Assembly (NCBI GenBank): GCA_964016885.1 | Contig: OZ024744.1 | Location: forward strand, 84,444,001 to 84,508,000 | Direction: 5' to 3' | Length of the DNA stretch: 64,000 nucleotides | DNA from: Eledone cirrhosa | Taxonomy: Eukaryota | Shown here: piece after piece, positions 37,401 to 49,478 of the stretch | Layout: each line of letters opens with the position of its first letter | Position numbering within the stretch: the first letter of the stretch is position 1 | Translations under genes and position numbers: made by a program | Notes under the pieces: model-generated | Told to the model about the DNA's origin: nothing | The model's input: only the letters and a program-made list of their open reading frames with translations | The model's database searches: none

Positions 37401-39264
37401 CATGCAGGTCACTAGTTTGTGATCTGAATAGGCAACCATGAACATTTGTGGACAGCTTAACATGTCCCTATCCTTATTTCTAACTAGAACCCTATCTAGG
37501 TACGATCTAGATGTTCCGCTGCGATTAGTCCACGTCCACAGTGGCATAGTCGGAAAATCTAGTCGATATCTATCGGCCAGGTCAAATCGGTCGATTAACT
37601 GTTTGAGGCTGTTACACCGCCCATTATCGGCACATGCTCCCACATAGTCCCAACGTGCATCTAGGATTCCATTCCAGTCCCCCACTAAAAGCAAGGAGCG
37701 GGACGTTCCCAGAAAAGTCTCTAGACGTTTGAAGAAGTCTGGCCGCGGTGTCCCGGATGGGGCATATGCAGCCACCAGCCTGAAGGCTCCACCTTCACTA
37801 CCGTCAACGTCTAGGACCACCAGTCGACCCTCCGGGTCCAGATGTACCGTCTGTGTTACGAGGCCCAGGTGTTTTCGCAGCAAAACGGCAACCCCGCCTC
37901 CACACCCCAGCCGACAGAGAGATGCGTAGATCTCAAAGTCATCGAAGATGGGGGCCAGCTATTGCTCGCTGTGGATCCTGGACTCGCAAATGGCTACTAC
38001 ATCCATACTGTGCGACCTGAGGTCGTTTAAGAGTTTGCCCTGTTTCCAGGGCATCCCCAGGCCGCGTACGTTCACACATCCAACTCTTATATTGGCCATG
38101 TTGGTGCTGAAAAGTTAAAAGAGGAAAAGAAATCACTCACCCTTCGTTTCCTGGGGACCAGGCTGCTCGATTTCTATGGGGGTGTTGGAGGGGTTGTCTG
38201 GCTGGGTGGTGGTTTCCGGCGGGGTAGGGACGGAGATGTTTGGTGAGGTGGGGTCTGGTGGGATGGGGGTGTCTGGGGTGGGGAGACATTTCAGAAGGAC
38301 GCGGTTAAGTGGTTTCACGCAGGAATTCCCTACATCCTTTTCAAATGTTTCTTTTAGGGACCTATAAGTTTGTATAGGGACCCTAATCAGTTTTATGTTC
38401 AGTTTTTTGTTATTTTTAATAGAGTGGGCGAAAGTTTTCCCTTCGGTTTTCACCGAAGGGTTGTTCGTGATGGTCTCCATTAGTGTTTTATTTTCAGTGT
38501 TTATGTAAGTGTAAGTGTAATTTTCTTGTGTTGTGTTTGTTTTTGTCTATAGTTCTTGTGTGTGCTTTCGTTTTGTTGTAGGTATTTTGTTTTCAGGAGG
38601 TGGAGGTTTTGTTTGTGATGTTTTTGTTGTTTGTGTTGGTGGTTGTATGTTTGTGGTAGTGTTTGCTGGTTTTTGCTTTTGTGATGTCTTTTCTGTCTTT
38701 ATGAGCGATGGGATTCTCCCTCGTCTTCACTGGGTGATGGCGAGATAGCCTCATCTGTTGTATCGTCTGTGTGATTGGGGAGAGGTATGTCTTGGAGAGC
38801 TGTTGTATCTGTATGTGATTTTGCAGTGGTTTTAGGTGGAGTGGGTTTGGGTGGACTGTGCTAGTTGTGGTTATTTTTGTGTGTTGGTGTTGTTGTTGTT
38901 GTGGTGGTGTTGGCGGTTGTGTTGTTTTGATGGGTGTTGGCAGAAGAGCCTTTTTTGACTCGTTAATTTAGGACAGGAAGCCCTCAGGTGACCCCTGCTA
39001 AAGCAGTGGTAACATGAAGGCCGCCTACCCTCAACCGAAAAGTTCATGTAGGTGAGTCCGTCCAGGAGTATACGTTGTGGGATCATAGCTATTCGCTCTG
39101 GGCTCATTTGCACCAGAATTTTAACACTAGTCCCATTGAATACATCTCTGTGGGACTTTCCTACTGAAAGTATTCTGTCTTCATCTAAATTGATGAAGCC
39201 GCACAGTATCCACCATATGTTTACCGTTGGTATGACACTCGTGATTCTAATCTTTTGTGTCCTT
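34422..39264 (-). mobile_element. Tx1-clade LINE A (5'-truncated within ORF1), (TATC)n tail
   Basis: ORF2 34675-38099 (APE, RT with YADD, CPRC), ORF1 38133-~39264 with CYHCFSRGHLRASCP. Frameshifted. Confidence 0.9.
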
Positions 39265-39907
39265 TTTGTATAGATAGATAGATAGATAGATAGATATGTT
39301 TCTTTTATTTGCCACCAGGGCATCAAAAGTGGGACAAGTACAATGGGGGGAGTTTACAAAACAAGGCGTCCTCAATAAGGAGGAGGCAATAACAATATAT
39401 AAAAATAAAATAAAATATAACAAAAATAAAATTTATAACAAAGTCCTCAATAGAGAGGAGGTGCCTTGGGGGGTCGCACACACCCCCGAAAAAAGTGTGC
39501 AACCCTTCTCCTCAGGAGCACTGATCCTTCTTCCGAAATGATATAGGAAGAAACGGACCAGTTGTTGGCCAGAGAGAAAGGTGTCTGACCTCAGTCCTTT
39601 CAGACGCGTCCACCAAACAACCTCTTTCGCCATGGCTATTACGCACAGAAACACCGCCTCTCCTTCGTTTTTGAAGAGGGGAGGCGGCTTGATCGTTACA
39701 ATAGACTCGGTGGTCAACCGGATCGGTCCCACCCTTGACAGCAGTTGTTCGACATAGCCCCACAGATCGGCAATGCCCGAGCAGTGTACCAAAGCGTGTG
39801 CAACGGTTTCCTCGTCGCACACACATCTGGGACCTCTTTTTCGATGGGTCCCTACCCGGGCGCTCGTGTCTGTAGAGCCTTTCCCGAACGGGCAGAGCCC
39901 TTCTGTA

Positions 39908-42754
39908 TCATTGCCAGGCCAGAGACCTCTGGAAGTTATCCATGGGTCCCGGGCTGAATGTCCTACCGAACAGGTTGGCCAGTTCGTCTTCCTCCATGCC
40001 TAGGGCTTCTCCGGGGGCGTCGTCGCACCTGCTAACCACCAGCCCTCTATAGAATGACGAGGTGGATTCTCCACTGACAGCCGGGTCCGCCTGCCAGAGA
40101 GCCGTGAGCGCCTGGGCACACTCGGTGTGCCAGGCGCCCAGTTTTCTCGGTCTTTGCTTGACCCAGGATTGCAGCTCGGTGAGTGAGACGAGTCTGGGAA
40201 AGGCTCGCCTCACAAACGGGACCCACACCGGTTGACCGGAGAGGAATACCTGAAGGTGCCGTAGCCTTAATGCGTGTTTACGTATCATTAGCCACGGCAT
40301 CCCCAGCCCTCCTTTCGAAGGGTGTTGACAGCAGATGGATCTCCTCACCATAGGAGCCCGCTTCTTCCAAAGGAATTGGAAGAGTGCGCGCTCCATTTTG
40401 GCGAGCATTTCCCTTGGGCAAGGCACAACGGTCAGGCGGTAGTAGATGACGGATGCTATATAAGTGTTCGCCACCTCCGCCCGACCTTTCAGGGACAGTT
40501 TGCACTCAGCCCACTTCTGGGTCAGTGCAAACACCCTGTTCGTCACCCCACCCCAGTTCTTCTCCACCTGGAGGTCTGGTCCGAACCAGACCCCGAGCAA
40601 CTTCACCGGGCCCTCCGTCCAGCCCCCGACGACGCCATCGGAGGGCATCGATCTGCCCCTCCACGTGCCGAGTTGCAGACCGATCGACTTGTCCCGGTTC
40701 AGCTTAGCCCCTGTAAACCTTTCGTACTCCTCCAGTAAGGTGCCGATCGCCCCGATTTCCGAGGCCGTCGACACCATTACTGTTACGTCATCGGCGTAGG
40801 CCGACACCGCTTTCCGTAATCCCGGTTCCAACGGGATGCCCTGCAACAACTCCAACTTCCGCAGCAGTGGCTCTAGAGTCATTACATACAGAAGGGACGA
40901 GAGAGGGCACCCCTGTCGGATGGACCGCGCGATTTCGAACGGCTCCGAGAGGTAGCCGTTCCCCTTGACCCTAGAGCAGATGCGGCTGCTGTGCATGGCA
41001 TTGATCCAGCCCCTGAAAACGGGTCTGAAGCCTTCCGCCGCTAGCACCGCATCCAGGTAACCATGGTCGACCCTATCGAATGCCTTAGATTGATCCAAGT
41101 TGATCAGGGCCCCACCAAAGCCGGGTTCGTTCCCAACCCTCTCTATGATGTATCGCATGAGGTGGAGGTTATCGTGGATGGACCTGGACGGGATAGCACA
41201 TGTCTGCGCCTCTCCCACCAGGTTGCCCACGACAAGCGCCAACCTCTTTGCTAGCACCTTGGCCAAAATCTGTAACTCTGTATTTAGCAGAGTTATGGGC
41301 CTGAAATTATTTATATCGTCCCCCTTGTTCTCGTCCTTCCTCACTAGCGTGACTACGCCCTTGGTCACAGCACAGGGAATTCTCCCGTTCTGTTGCCAGT
41401 TGCAGTAGACCGCCTCGAGGAGATCGGGGAACAAGTCCGGCATAGCTAGATATAGTTCGTATGGAAGACCATCGAGACCCGGGGATTTGCGTTTGCCGCA
41501 TTGGCTCAGCACGTCCTCTATCTCAGCGGCTGAAATCGGCTCCTCGCAGGACTTCGCCTCCCTGTCCGAGAGACGCGGCAGGCCGTCGAGGTATGGACCG
41601 AAGTCCACGTCCCCAACTGGCCCCCCACCCCTTCCGAACAATCCGGCAAAGTGCTTTTGAAAAGCCTCGCACATCAGCTTAGGTTCAAGGATCACCCGTC
41701 CATCCTGGTCTCGCAAAGACCGGATAGTGGATCTGCTCCCTCTTTTGGCTTCTGTCACGCGGGCCCAGCTAACAGCTTTGGTCCCCTCGTTTCCCAGAGC
41801 ACGTATTTTGCTTCGGACGATGCAGCCTTCGTGTTTCGCGTTGAAGAACTGGCCCAGGGCCGTTCTCGACGCTAGCACTCTGGCCACGTCGCCGCTTCTA
41901 ATTGCCTCTTCTACACTATCTACCAACTCCCTTTCCTTCCTATTTCTATTGGAGGCTAACTCCTTACTAAATTCTATAGAGACTACTCTAATCTCTCTTT
42001 TGAGAGATCCCCACCACCTGCTGTTGACGATGGCGCCCGTCAACCGCTCCTTAACTAAAGTGCTAATCCGGTCCCTGTAAGCCTTACTTGCCGGTAAGGA
42101 CAAGTTGAGCTTCCAGTAACCGGGTCCCTGTCTATGAGTTCTGTCAAGGTTGATCGTGCAGGTCACTAACTTGTGGTCTGAATAGCCAACCATGCCCATT
42201 TTTGGACAACTTAAAAAGTCCTTATCCTTAATTCTAACCAAGAACCCATCCAGGTACGACCTAGATGATCCGCTATGATTTGCCCAAGTACAGGTTGGCG
42301 CAGTCGGAAAATCTAGTCGATATCTATCGGCCAGGTCAAATCGACCGATTAACCCTTTGAGGCTATTACACCCCTCTCCATCGGGACAGGCCCCCACGTA
42401 GTCCCAGCGTGCATCTAGGATACCATTCCAGTCCCCCACTAATAGCAAGGAGCGGGACGTCCCTAGAAAAGTCTCCAGACGATGGAAGAAGTCCGGCCGC
42501 ATTGACCCGAAAGGGCCGAAGGCGGCTACCAACCTAAACGCTCCGCCTTTACCACTGCCAAGGTCCAGAACCACTAGTCGACCCTCCGGGTCCAAATGTA
42601 CCATCTGTGTTGCGAGACCCAGATGTTTTTGCAGCAGAACGACAACTCCACCCCCACCTACGGGCTGACAGAGAGATGCGTGCATCTCAAAGTCGTCAAA
42701 GGTGGGGGCCAGCTGTCGCACGTTGCTGATCCGGGCCTCGCAAATAACCATCAC
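39908..42754 (-). CDS. Tx1 ORF2 APE-RT, 948 aa open (N-terminus deleted, C-terminus frameshifted)
   Basis: GDWN, SDH, GPGYWKLN, KSPGLDG, FRPITLLN, DQSKAFDRV, IRQGCPLS, AYADD. Confidence 0.85.
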   Translation of the reverse strand: MMVICEARISNVRQLAPTFDDFEMHASLCQPVGGGGVVVLLQKHLGLATQMVHLDPEGRLVVLDLGSGKGGAFRLVAAFGPFGSMRPDFFHRLETFLGTSRSLLLVGDWNGILDARWDYVGACPDGEGCNSLKGLIGRFDLADRYRLDFPTAPTCTWANHSGSSRSYLDGFLVRIKDKDFLSCPKMGMVGYSDHKLVTCTINLDRTHRQGPGYWKLNLSLPASKAYRDRISTLVKERLTGAIVNSRWWGSLKREIRVVSIEFSKELASNRNRKERELVDSVEEAIRSGDVARVLASRTALGQFFNAKHEGCIVRSKIRALGNEGTKAVSWARVTEAKRGSRSTIRSLRDQDGRVILEPKLMCEAFQKHFAGLFGRGGGPVGDVDFGPYLDGLPRLSDREAKSCEEPISAAEIEDVLSQCGKRKSPGLDGLPYELYLAMPDLFPDLLEAVYCNWQQNGRIPCAVTKGVVTLVRKDENKGDDINNFRPITLLNTELQILAKVLAKRLALVVGNLVGEAQTCAIPSRSIHDNLHLMRYIIERVGNEPGFGGALINLDQSKAFDRVDHGYLDAVLAAEGFRPVFRGWINAMHSSRICSRVKGNGYLSEPFEIARSIRQGCPLSSLLYVMTLEPLLRKLELLQGIPLEPGLRKAVSAYADDVTVMVSTASEIGAIGTLLEEYERFTGAKLNRDKSIGLQLGTWRGRSMPSDGVVGGWTEGPVKLLGVWFGPDLQVEKNWGGVTNRVFALTQKWAECKLSLKGRAEVANTYIASVIYYRLTVVPCPREMLAKMERALFQFLWKKRAPMVRRSICCQHPSKGGLGMPWLMIRKHALRLRHLQVFLSGQPVWVPFVRRAFPRLVSLTELQSWVKQRPRKLGAWHTECAQALTALWQADPAVSGESTSSFYRGLVVSRCDDAPGEALGMEEDELANLFGRTFSPGPMDNFQRSLAWQ

Positions 42755-42904
42755 ATCTATACGTTGTTTTTTAGGAGGACGCGGTTAATGGGCCCGACGC
42801 AGGGGGGACCCACGTCCTCTTTAAAATTGTTTTTTAAAGTTTTATAGGTGTCCTGTGGGGCCTTAATCATTTTGAGGTGGGGGAAATCCCCTGCCTGGGT
42901 GAAG

Positions 42905-44395
42905 TTAGGCCCTTGTGTTTTTATTAGATTGTTGTACACAATGTTTAACAGTTTTTTGTTTCTTGTGTTTATGTATGTGTATGCATGTTTTTGTTTTTGT
43001 GTGGTGTTTTTTGTTTGTTGTTGTTGTGAGCTCTTTTGTGTTGGTGTCAGTGTTATGTTTTGGGGAGGGGTTGTTTTCATTTGTGTGTCTGAGGTGTTTT
43101 CTTTTTTTTCTTTTGATTGTGTGGAAGTGCTCCTCCTCGTCTGACGACGAACTAGGGTCATCTTCCGCGTTGGAGGGGAGGGGTATATTTTCGGGTTGTG
43201 TTTGCGGTGCGGGTGTTTTGGAAATTGTTTTTGTTTTTTGAGTGGAGGGGATGGGTTGGATATTGTTTTGTTTTGGTTTGAGCTGTGGTGGTTGTTTTTG
43301 TAAGGGTAGTTGTGTTGATTGTGTTGGTTGTGCAGTTGTTGGTGGTGTAGGCAGGATTGGGGTTTTCTTATTAAGTTGGGGACAGACAGCCCTCAGGTGA
43401 CCTCTGGTTCCGCAGAGGTAACACGAGGGCCGTCTACCCTCAACGGTAATGTTGATGAAGGTTAGATCATCCAGTATGACGCGTTCAGGGATCTGGGCGA
43501 TCCTTTCGGGCCTCATTTGAACTACAAGTTCGAGGCTCGTTTCACTGAACGCGTCACCCGATGCCTTTCCCATGGACACCAGCATGTCATCCTCCAGGTC
43601 CAGGAAACCTGTCAAAACCCACCATATGTCCATAATCGGCAGGATGGTGTGGATTTTTATTTTTTGTGTTCTTCTACCCATGTACGTAGGGTAGAAGGTG
43701 TATGCGGTGGATGTGATTGGTTTGATGGACAGTTTCACTGCTGTGTCCCTGTCCTTCATGAGAATGGATAGACTCCCGTAGAGTCTATCCTTCTGAATGA
43801 AGGTGATGTCCTTCATGACGTCTTTTAAAACCAGCTCTATCTCACTCTGTGATGGTTGAGCTGGTTTTTTACTTTTGTTCGAGATTGTCCTAAACATGAC
43901 CATGTTTAGGAGTCTCTGGCTTTTTAGTTCCGGGGGGGAATGGATTGTGAATGAACCATTTTCCCCGTACACTATATATTTTTTCGCATCTGCCAGTAGG
44001 TCCTTCGCTTTGGTTATATCTACTGGCAGATAGTCGAGGGTTTTCCTTGTCGTCTCGGTGAAGGAGAAATTTTGTTTGTTTGTGTTGTTGTTGTCGTTGG
44101 TGGCGTTGTTGTTATCATTGTTGTTGTTGTCACCGTTATTGGTCTTGTTGTTGTTGTTATTGTTATTGGTGTTGTTTTCGTCCGTCGCATTGTTGTTGTT
44201 GTTGCTGTTGCTGGTGCCGCTGGTTCTTTGGGTTGTTGCCATGGAAACGTCAAGTTGTCGGTTAACAGATGGAGAGAATTCTTCCTCTGGCTGACCTTTC
44301 TTCTTGACCTCTGCTACTGTGACAGTGGCAGGGGGAAGCTGTAAGTTTATCTTCCCCTTTCCTCCTTCGAATTTTGGTGAAGAAGCTTCGGCCAT
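42905..44395 (-). CDS. Tx1 ORF1 gag-like protein, 496 aa (C-terminus frameshifted)
   Basis: VEGRRPSCYLCGTRGHLRAVCP CCHC knuckle. Homologous to the other ORF1s in the window. Confidence 0.8.
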   Translation of the reverse strand: MAEASSPKFEGGKGKINLQLPPATVTVAEVKKKGQPEEEFSPSVNRQLDVSMATTQRTSGTSNSNNNNNATDENNTNNNNNNNKTNNGDNNNNDNNNATNDNNNTNKQNFSFTETTRKTLDYLPVDITKAKDLLADAKKYIVYGENGSFTIHSPPELKSQRLLNMVMFRTISNKSKKPAQPSQSEIELVLKDVMKDITFIQKDRLYGSLSILMKDRDTAVKLSIKPITSTAYTFYPTYMGRRTQKIKIHTILPIMDIWWVLTGFLDLEDDMLVSMGKASGDAFSETSLELVVQMRPERIAQIPERVILDDLTFINITVEGRRPSCYLCGTRGHLRAVCPQLNKKTPILPTPPTTAQPTQSTQLPLQKQPPQLKPKQNNIQPIPSTQKTKTISKTPAPQTQPENIPLPSNAEDDPSSSSDEEEHFHTIKRKKRKHLRHTNENNPSPKHNTDTNTKELTTTTNKKHHTKTKTCIHIHKHKKQKTVKHCVQQSNKNTRA

Positions 44396-44608
44396 TTAAA
44401 AAAAATATTGACTTTTCAACAAGAAAAAACTTTTTTTTTTTGTTTAACTATTTCGCTTAAAGGCGTAGAATATTTTGAGAGACTAACCAGATCAAAGTTT
44501 GACCTGGCAGTCCCTCTACAAAATGGTACAAAAATGAAAGTTCACAGTTTACAATTTCCGGATGAATTTAAACAAAACTTACCGAGCGAGCTCAGCACAT
44601 GTGTCCAT

Positions 44609-47600
44609 CTGCTGCCAGTTGCAGTAGACGGCTTCGAGGACGCCAGAGAACAAGTCCGGCATGCCTATGTAAAACTCGTAGGGTAGACCATCTAGACCGG
44701 GTGACTTGCGTTTCCCGCAGCAGCCCAGAGCGTCCCGTATCTCAGTGTCTGTGATCCGTATTTCGCAGAACTCAGCGTCCGTGTTTGAGAGACGCGGCAG
44801 GCCGTTGAGGTATGAACTAAAGTCCATTGCCCCGTTCGGCTCACCGTCGTTCTGCTCAAACAGTCGCACAAAGTGCCACTGAAAGGCCGCGCACATTTGT
44901 TTGGGGTCAAGTAGCACGCGTCCGTTTTGTTCTTTCAAAGACCGAGTCGTGGACTTGTTGCCACTTTTTGCCTCCGCCACTCGGGCCCAGCTGACAGCTT
45001 TCGCTCCTTCGTTTCCTAGAGCACGTGTTTTGCTTCTGACCACGCAGACTTCGTGTTTCGCATCGAAGAACTGGGCCAGTGTCGTTCTCGACGCTAACAC
45101 TCTAGCCGCGTTGCCACTTCTAAGTGCCTCCTCTACCTTCGCTACTAGTTCTCTTTCTATTCTGTTTTACTCTAAGGCTAACTCTCTGCTAGACACTATC
45201 GATTCTATTCTAATTGCTTTCTTGAGAGAGTACCACCATCTATTGTTGACGATGGCTCCCGTTAACTGTTGCTTGACTAGTCTACTTATCCGTTCACTGT
45301 AAGCTTTACGTGCCGGCAACGACACGTTTAGCTTCCAGTATCCGGGTCCCTGTCTATGTATTCTATCACGGTTGACTAAGCAGACGACTAACTTGTGATC
45401 TGAATAGGCAACCATGTGCATTCGTGGACAGCTTAACATCTCCTTGTCCCTTTCTCTAATGAAGAACCTATCTAAATACGACCTAGATGTCCCACTGCGG
45501 TTTGCCCACATCCACTGTGGTGCAGTCGGGAAATTCAGTCAATACCTATCGACCAGTTGGAATTGGCCAATTAAAGTTTTGAGGCTGTTGCACCCCGCTC
45601 TACTGGGAAATGCTCACACATAGTCCCATCGTGCATCTAGGATACCATTCCAGTCCCCCAATAAAATTAAGGAGCGAGACGTTCCCAGAAAAGACTCTAG
45701 ACGCTTAAATAAGTCTGGCCGTGATTGCGATTGCCCGGTCGGGGCATAAACGGCCACCAGTCTGAAGGCCCCACCTCCAATACTGTTCACGTCTAGGACT
45801 ACCAGTCTACCCTCCGGGTCCAAGTGTACTTGCTGTACTTCGACGTCCAGGTTCTTCCGAAACATGACAGCCACTCCACCTCCACCTCCTGGCTGACAGA
45901 GAGATGCGCAGATCTCAATCTCAAAGTCATTGAAAATGGGGGTTAGTTGCTGCCTGTTGTGGATCCTGGACTCGGTGATGGCTATCACATCCATACCGTG
46001 TGACTTAAGGTCGTTTAAAAGTTGGCCGTTTCCAGGGCATCCCTAGGCCACGCGCATTCACTGTTCCAACTCGTAAACTAGCCATGTTAGTGAAGAAGAG
46101 TTGGAGAAAAAGGACGAAAGGTGCACTTACCTTTTCGTTTCCTGGAGATCGGGTTGTTCAATCTCCATTTAGGTGATGGATGGGGTGGGGAAACATTTTA
46201 ACAGGACGCGGTTGGTTGGTTTGTGGCAGGGGTTGCCCACGACCTGTGAAAATTTATTTTTTAGGTCATTATAGGTTTCCATAGAAACCCTTATAAGTTT
46301 AAGGTGTGGAGACGATTCTGCCTTGACGAAAGTTTTGCCCTCCGTCTCCACCTTGGGGTTTTGGGAGATGACCTCCATCAATCTCTTTTTTTGTTTTTTA
46401 GATTTCCGCGGCTCTCCCTCTTCTTCACTTAAAGAAGGAGAAGCAGCTTCATCCGTCGATCAATAATCATCGTCAGGTGTGTGAGGTAGGGGTATGTTGT
46501 GTGGTGGTGGTGTTTCGGTGTGTGTGTTTGTGGTAGTGTTTGTTGGAGTGGGTGGAGTGGGGATGTGTTCTTCAGGGGTGTTGTCTCTGTTTTTTCTGTT
46601 GTTGTTGGTTGAGTGTCTGTTTGTTTTGGTGTGGTTGCTCGTTTCGTCTGTCGTTGTACTTGTGGTGGTGGTGGTTGTTTTGGTGTTGGTGTTGGTAATA
46701 GTGTTTTTTTAATGATGTTGTTTTTGTGTGTTTATGGACAAGAGGCTTTTATGTGTGCTCTGCTACCACAGCGAAACAATGAAATTTTCGTCCTTCTACC
46801 GAAATGTTTATTTTGTTGTTATTATCGATGACGACTCAATCGGGTATTTTGGAGATTCTCTCCGGTTTCATTTGCAACAGAATCTCCAAATCAGTACCAC
46901 CTTTGTCGAATAGATTTTCGTATCGAAAGAATCACATCAGTTTCTGGCTCTACGAAGCCAGCCAAGATCCACCAGATGTTAATGTTTGGGGGTGTGTTTT
47001 TATTTTTATTTTTTGTGTCCTTTTTCCCATGTATGTAGGGAAAAAGGTGTATGCTTTTGACACCATTGGTGTCACAGAATGTTTTGGGGCGAGTGCCTCG
47101 CTTTTAAACAGTACGGAAACACTTCCGTACTGTTTTCCTCGCTGGAGAAAATCGATATTTGCTAGAATTTCCTTGAAAGTAGCTTCTATATCTGCTTGGC
47201 TAACAATTGTCGGCTTTCTTGTGGAATTTGACACAGTCCTAAAGGGACTGATCTGCGAATTGTGTCTTCCTTTATTTCAAGGGGTGAGTTAATTCTAAAC
47301 CCACCTTTTTCTTCGAAAGTTACAAATGTTCTCCTTTGCTTGAGCATATCTCTTACGTTGGAGATATCAAGATTTATAAAATCTTGTTTTTTGTTCACTG
47401 TTTCAGCGAACGACATTTTCTTTTTTTATGTGGTGTTGCTGTTGTTGTTGTTGTTATCGTTATTAGCCTCGGTGTTGGAAATTTCAGTTCCTTGTCGAAG
47501 TGAAACATTATGTGTAGATGTGTCTGTAGAGTTGTTGATGTCTTTTTCATGTGTATGTATGTTAATGGGTTTAATTCCTGTGTTTTCCTGTGTGTTATTG

Positions 47601-47996
47601 TTATTTTTCTCCGCTACGACGGTAGACATTTTAAAATCTTCAAGTGGTAATATTTTTTTTTGTCCCTCTTTGTTGACAGTCGTATCTATGGCGATGTCCA
47701 TAGAAGCAGAAGCAGATATAACGTTAATATCTGCCTCTTTCTCTCTCTTTTCTCTATTGACGTTCTCCAGCGTTCTTGTGTTGCTCAAGTTATTTAGTTT
47801 GTAAAATCTGATATTTTAAAACAATTTTTAAAATAAGATTTTCGCCCCTACAGTGGCGAAAAATGGGATTACCACCCAGCTGACAATTCAGCTTGGGGGT
47901 TAATCTACAAAATGTTATGTTTTTTCAAACAATTAGTTCGTTTTTTTGCATAGAAATTAACAAAAAAGCTTACCGGCGATGTCCCGCGCGTCAGGC

Positions 47997-48000
<4 letters not shown>
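44609..48000 (-). mobile_element. Tx1-clade LINE C (5' end intact, 3'-truncated at start of RT)
   Basis: 5'UTR with GGTAAG, ORF1 pieces (YMGKRTQKI; CFRCGSRAHIKASCP), APE. Ends at YCNWQQ where B begins. Confidence 0.85.
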
Positions 48001-48078
<78 letters not shown>

Positions 48079-49478
48079 ATGGATAGATATGTTGGGCACA
48101 AAAGAAGGGGACAAATACAAAGGGGGAAGTTTACATACAATAAAAAAAGTGTAAAATGTTATCACAAATGCAATTTAAAAAATTAGTCGATTTTCCCCAA
48201 TAGGGGGAGACAGTTCATATGGGTAACACATACCCCCGAAAAAATGTGCAACCCTCATCTCCAGGAGTACGAAGAGTTTGTACTCCTTTCCTCTCCTCCT
48301 CCTTTTCCTCAACCTACAGGCTGATATAGAGAGAAGGCCCATTCACTCGGGCCATTCTCGCCACTTTCACCCACCTTTCATAAAACTTGCTGGGGTACAG
48401 TACCTTTCTCTCCATCCTGATTCTTCTTCCAAAGTGGTATTTGAAAAAAAGAATCAGTTGTTGGCCGGAGACAAAGGTGTCTGACCTCAGCCCTTTCAAC
48501 CTTGTCCACCATACAACCTCTTTCGCCATAGCTATCACACAAAGGAAAACCGCCTCTCCTTCGTTTTTGAAGGAGGATGGCGGTTTGATCATGACAATGG
48601 ACTCGGTGGTCAACCGGATTGGTCCCACCCGCGACAATAGTCGTTCTACATAGCCCCACAGGTCGGTGACGCCCGGGCAGTCTATGAATGCGTGCGCGAC
48701 AGTTTCTTCGTCTCGCACGCACCTCGGACAGATATTTTTTGCAGGGTCCCTGCCCGGGCGCCCATATCTGTAGAGATCGTCTCGAACTGGTAGAGCTCCT
48801 CCGTAGCACTGCCAGGCCAGGGACTTTTGGAAGTTGTCCATCGGTCCGGGCGGAAGGTCCTACCGAACAGACTGGCCAGTTCATCTTCCTCTACGCCTAG
48901 AGTTTCACTGAGCGCGTTGTCGCACTTGCTGCGGATCAACCCTCTATAGAATGACGTAGTGGAGACTCCACTGATCGCCGGGTCGGCTTGCCAGAGGTCT
49001 GTGAGCGCCTGAGCACATTCGATGTGCCAGTCGCCCATTTTCCTCAGTCTTTGCTTGACCCAGGACTGCAGCTCGGTCAGCGAGACGAGTCATGGGAAGG
49101 CTTGCCTCACGAACGGGGCCCACACCGGTTGTCCGGTGAGTATTACGTAGAGATGCCGCAGCCTTAGCGCGTGTTTGCGCATCGTCAGCCACGGCATCCC
49201 CAGCCCCCCGTTTGAAGGGTGTTGGCAGCAGATGGATCTTCTCACCAAAGGAGCCCGCCTCTTCCAAAGGAATTGGAAGAGCGCGCGCTCCATTTTGGTG
49301 AGCGTTTTGGCTGGGCAAGGCACGACGGTCAAGCGGTAGTAGATGCCGGACGCTATAAAAGTGTTCGCCACCTCCGCTCGACCTTTCAAGGATAGTTTGC
49401 ACTCGGCCCACTTCTGGGTGAGTGCAAACACCTTGGCCGTCACCTCGTTCCAGTTCTTCTCCACCTGGAGGCCCGGAA
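48001..49478 (-). mobile_element. Tx1-clade LINE D (5'-truncated, same subfamily as A) with long (TATC)n tail
   Basis: Near-identical to 34440-35830. (GATA)n at 48001-48090. Confidence 0.9.

Larger units (their letters stand above)
39271..44608 (-). mobile_element. Tx1-clade LINE B (5' end intact, internal deletions), (TATC)n tail
   Basis: ORF1 42757-44395, long open ORF2 39908-42754, 3'UTR ending AATAAAAGAAACATATC(TATC)n. Confidence 0.92.

Noticed and set aside
40278-42080. Multiple antisense/alternate-frame ORFs over Tx1 ORF2
   Set aside because: They are shadow ORFs of GC-rich RT coding sequence.
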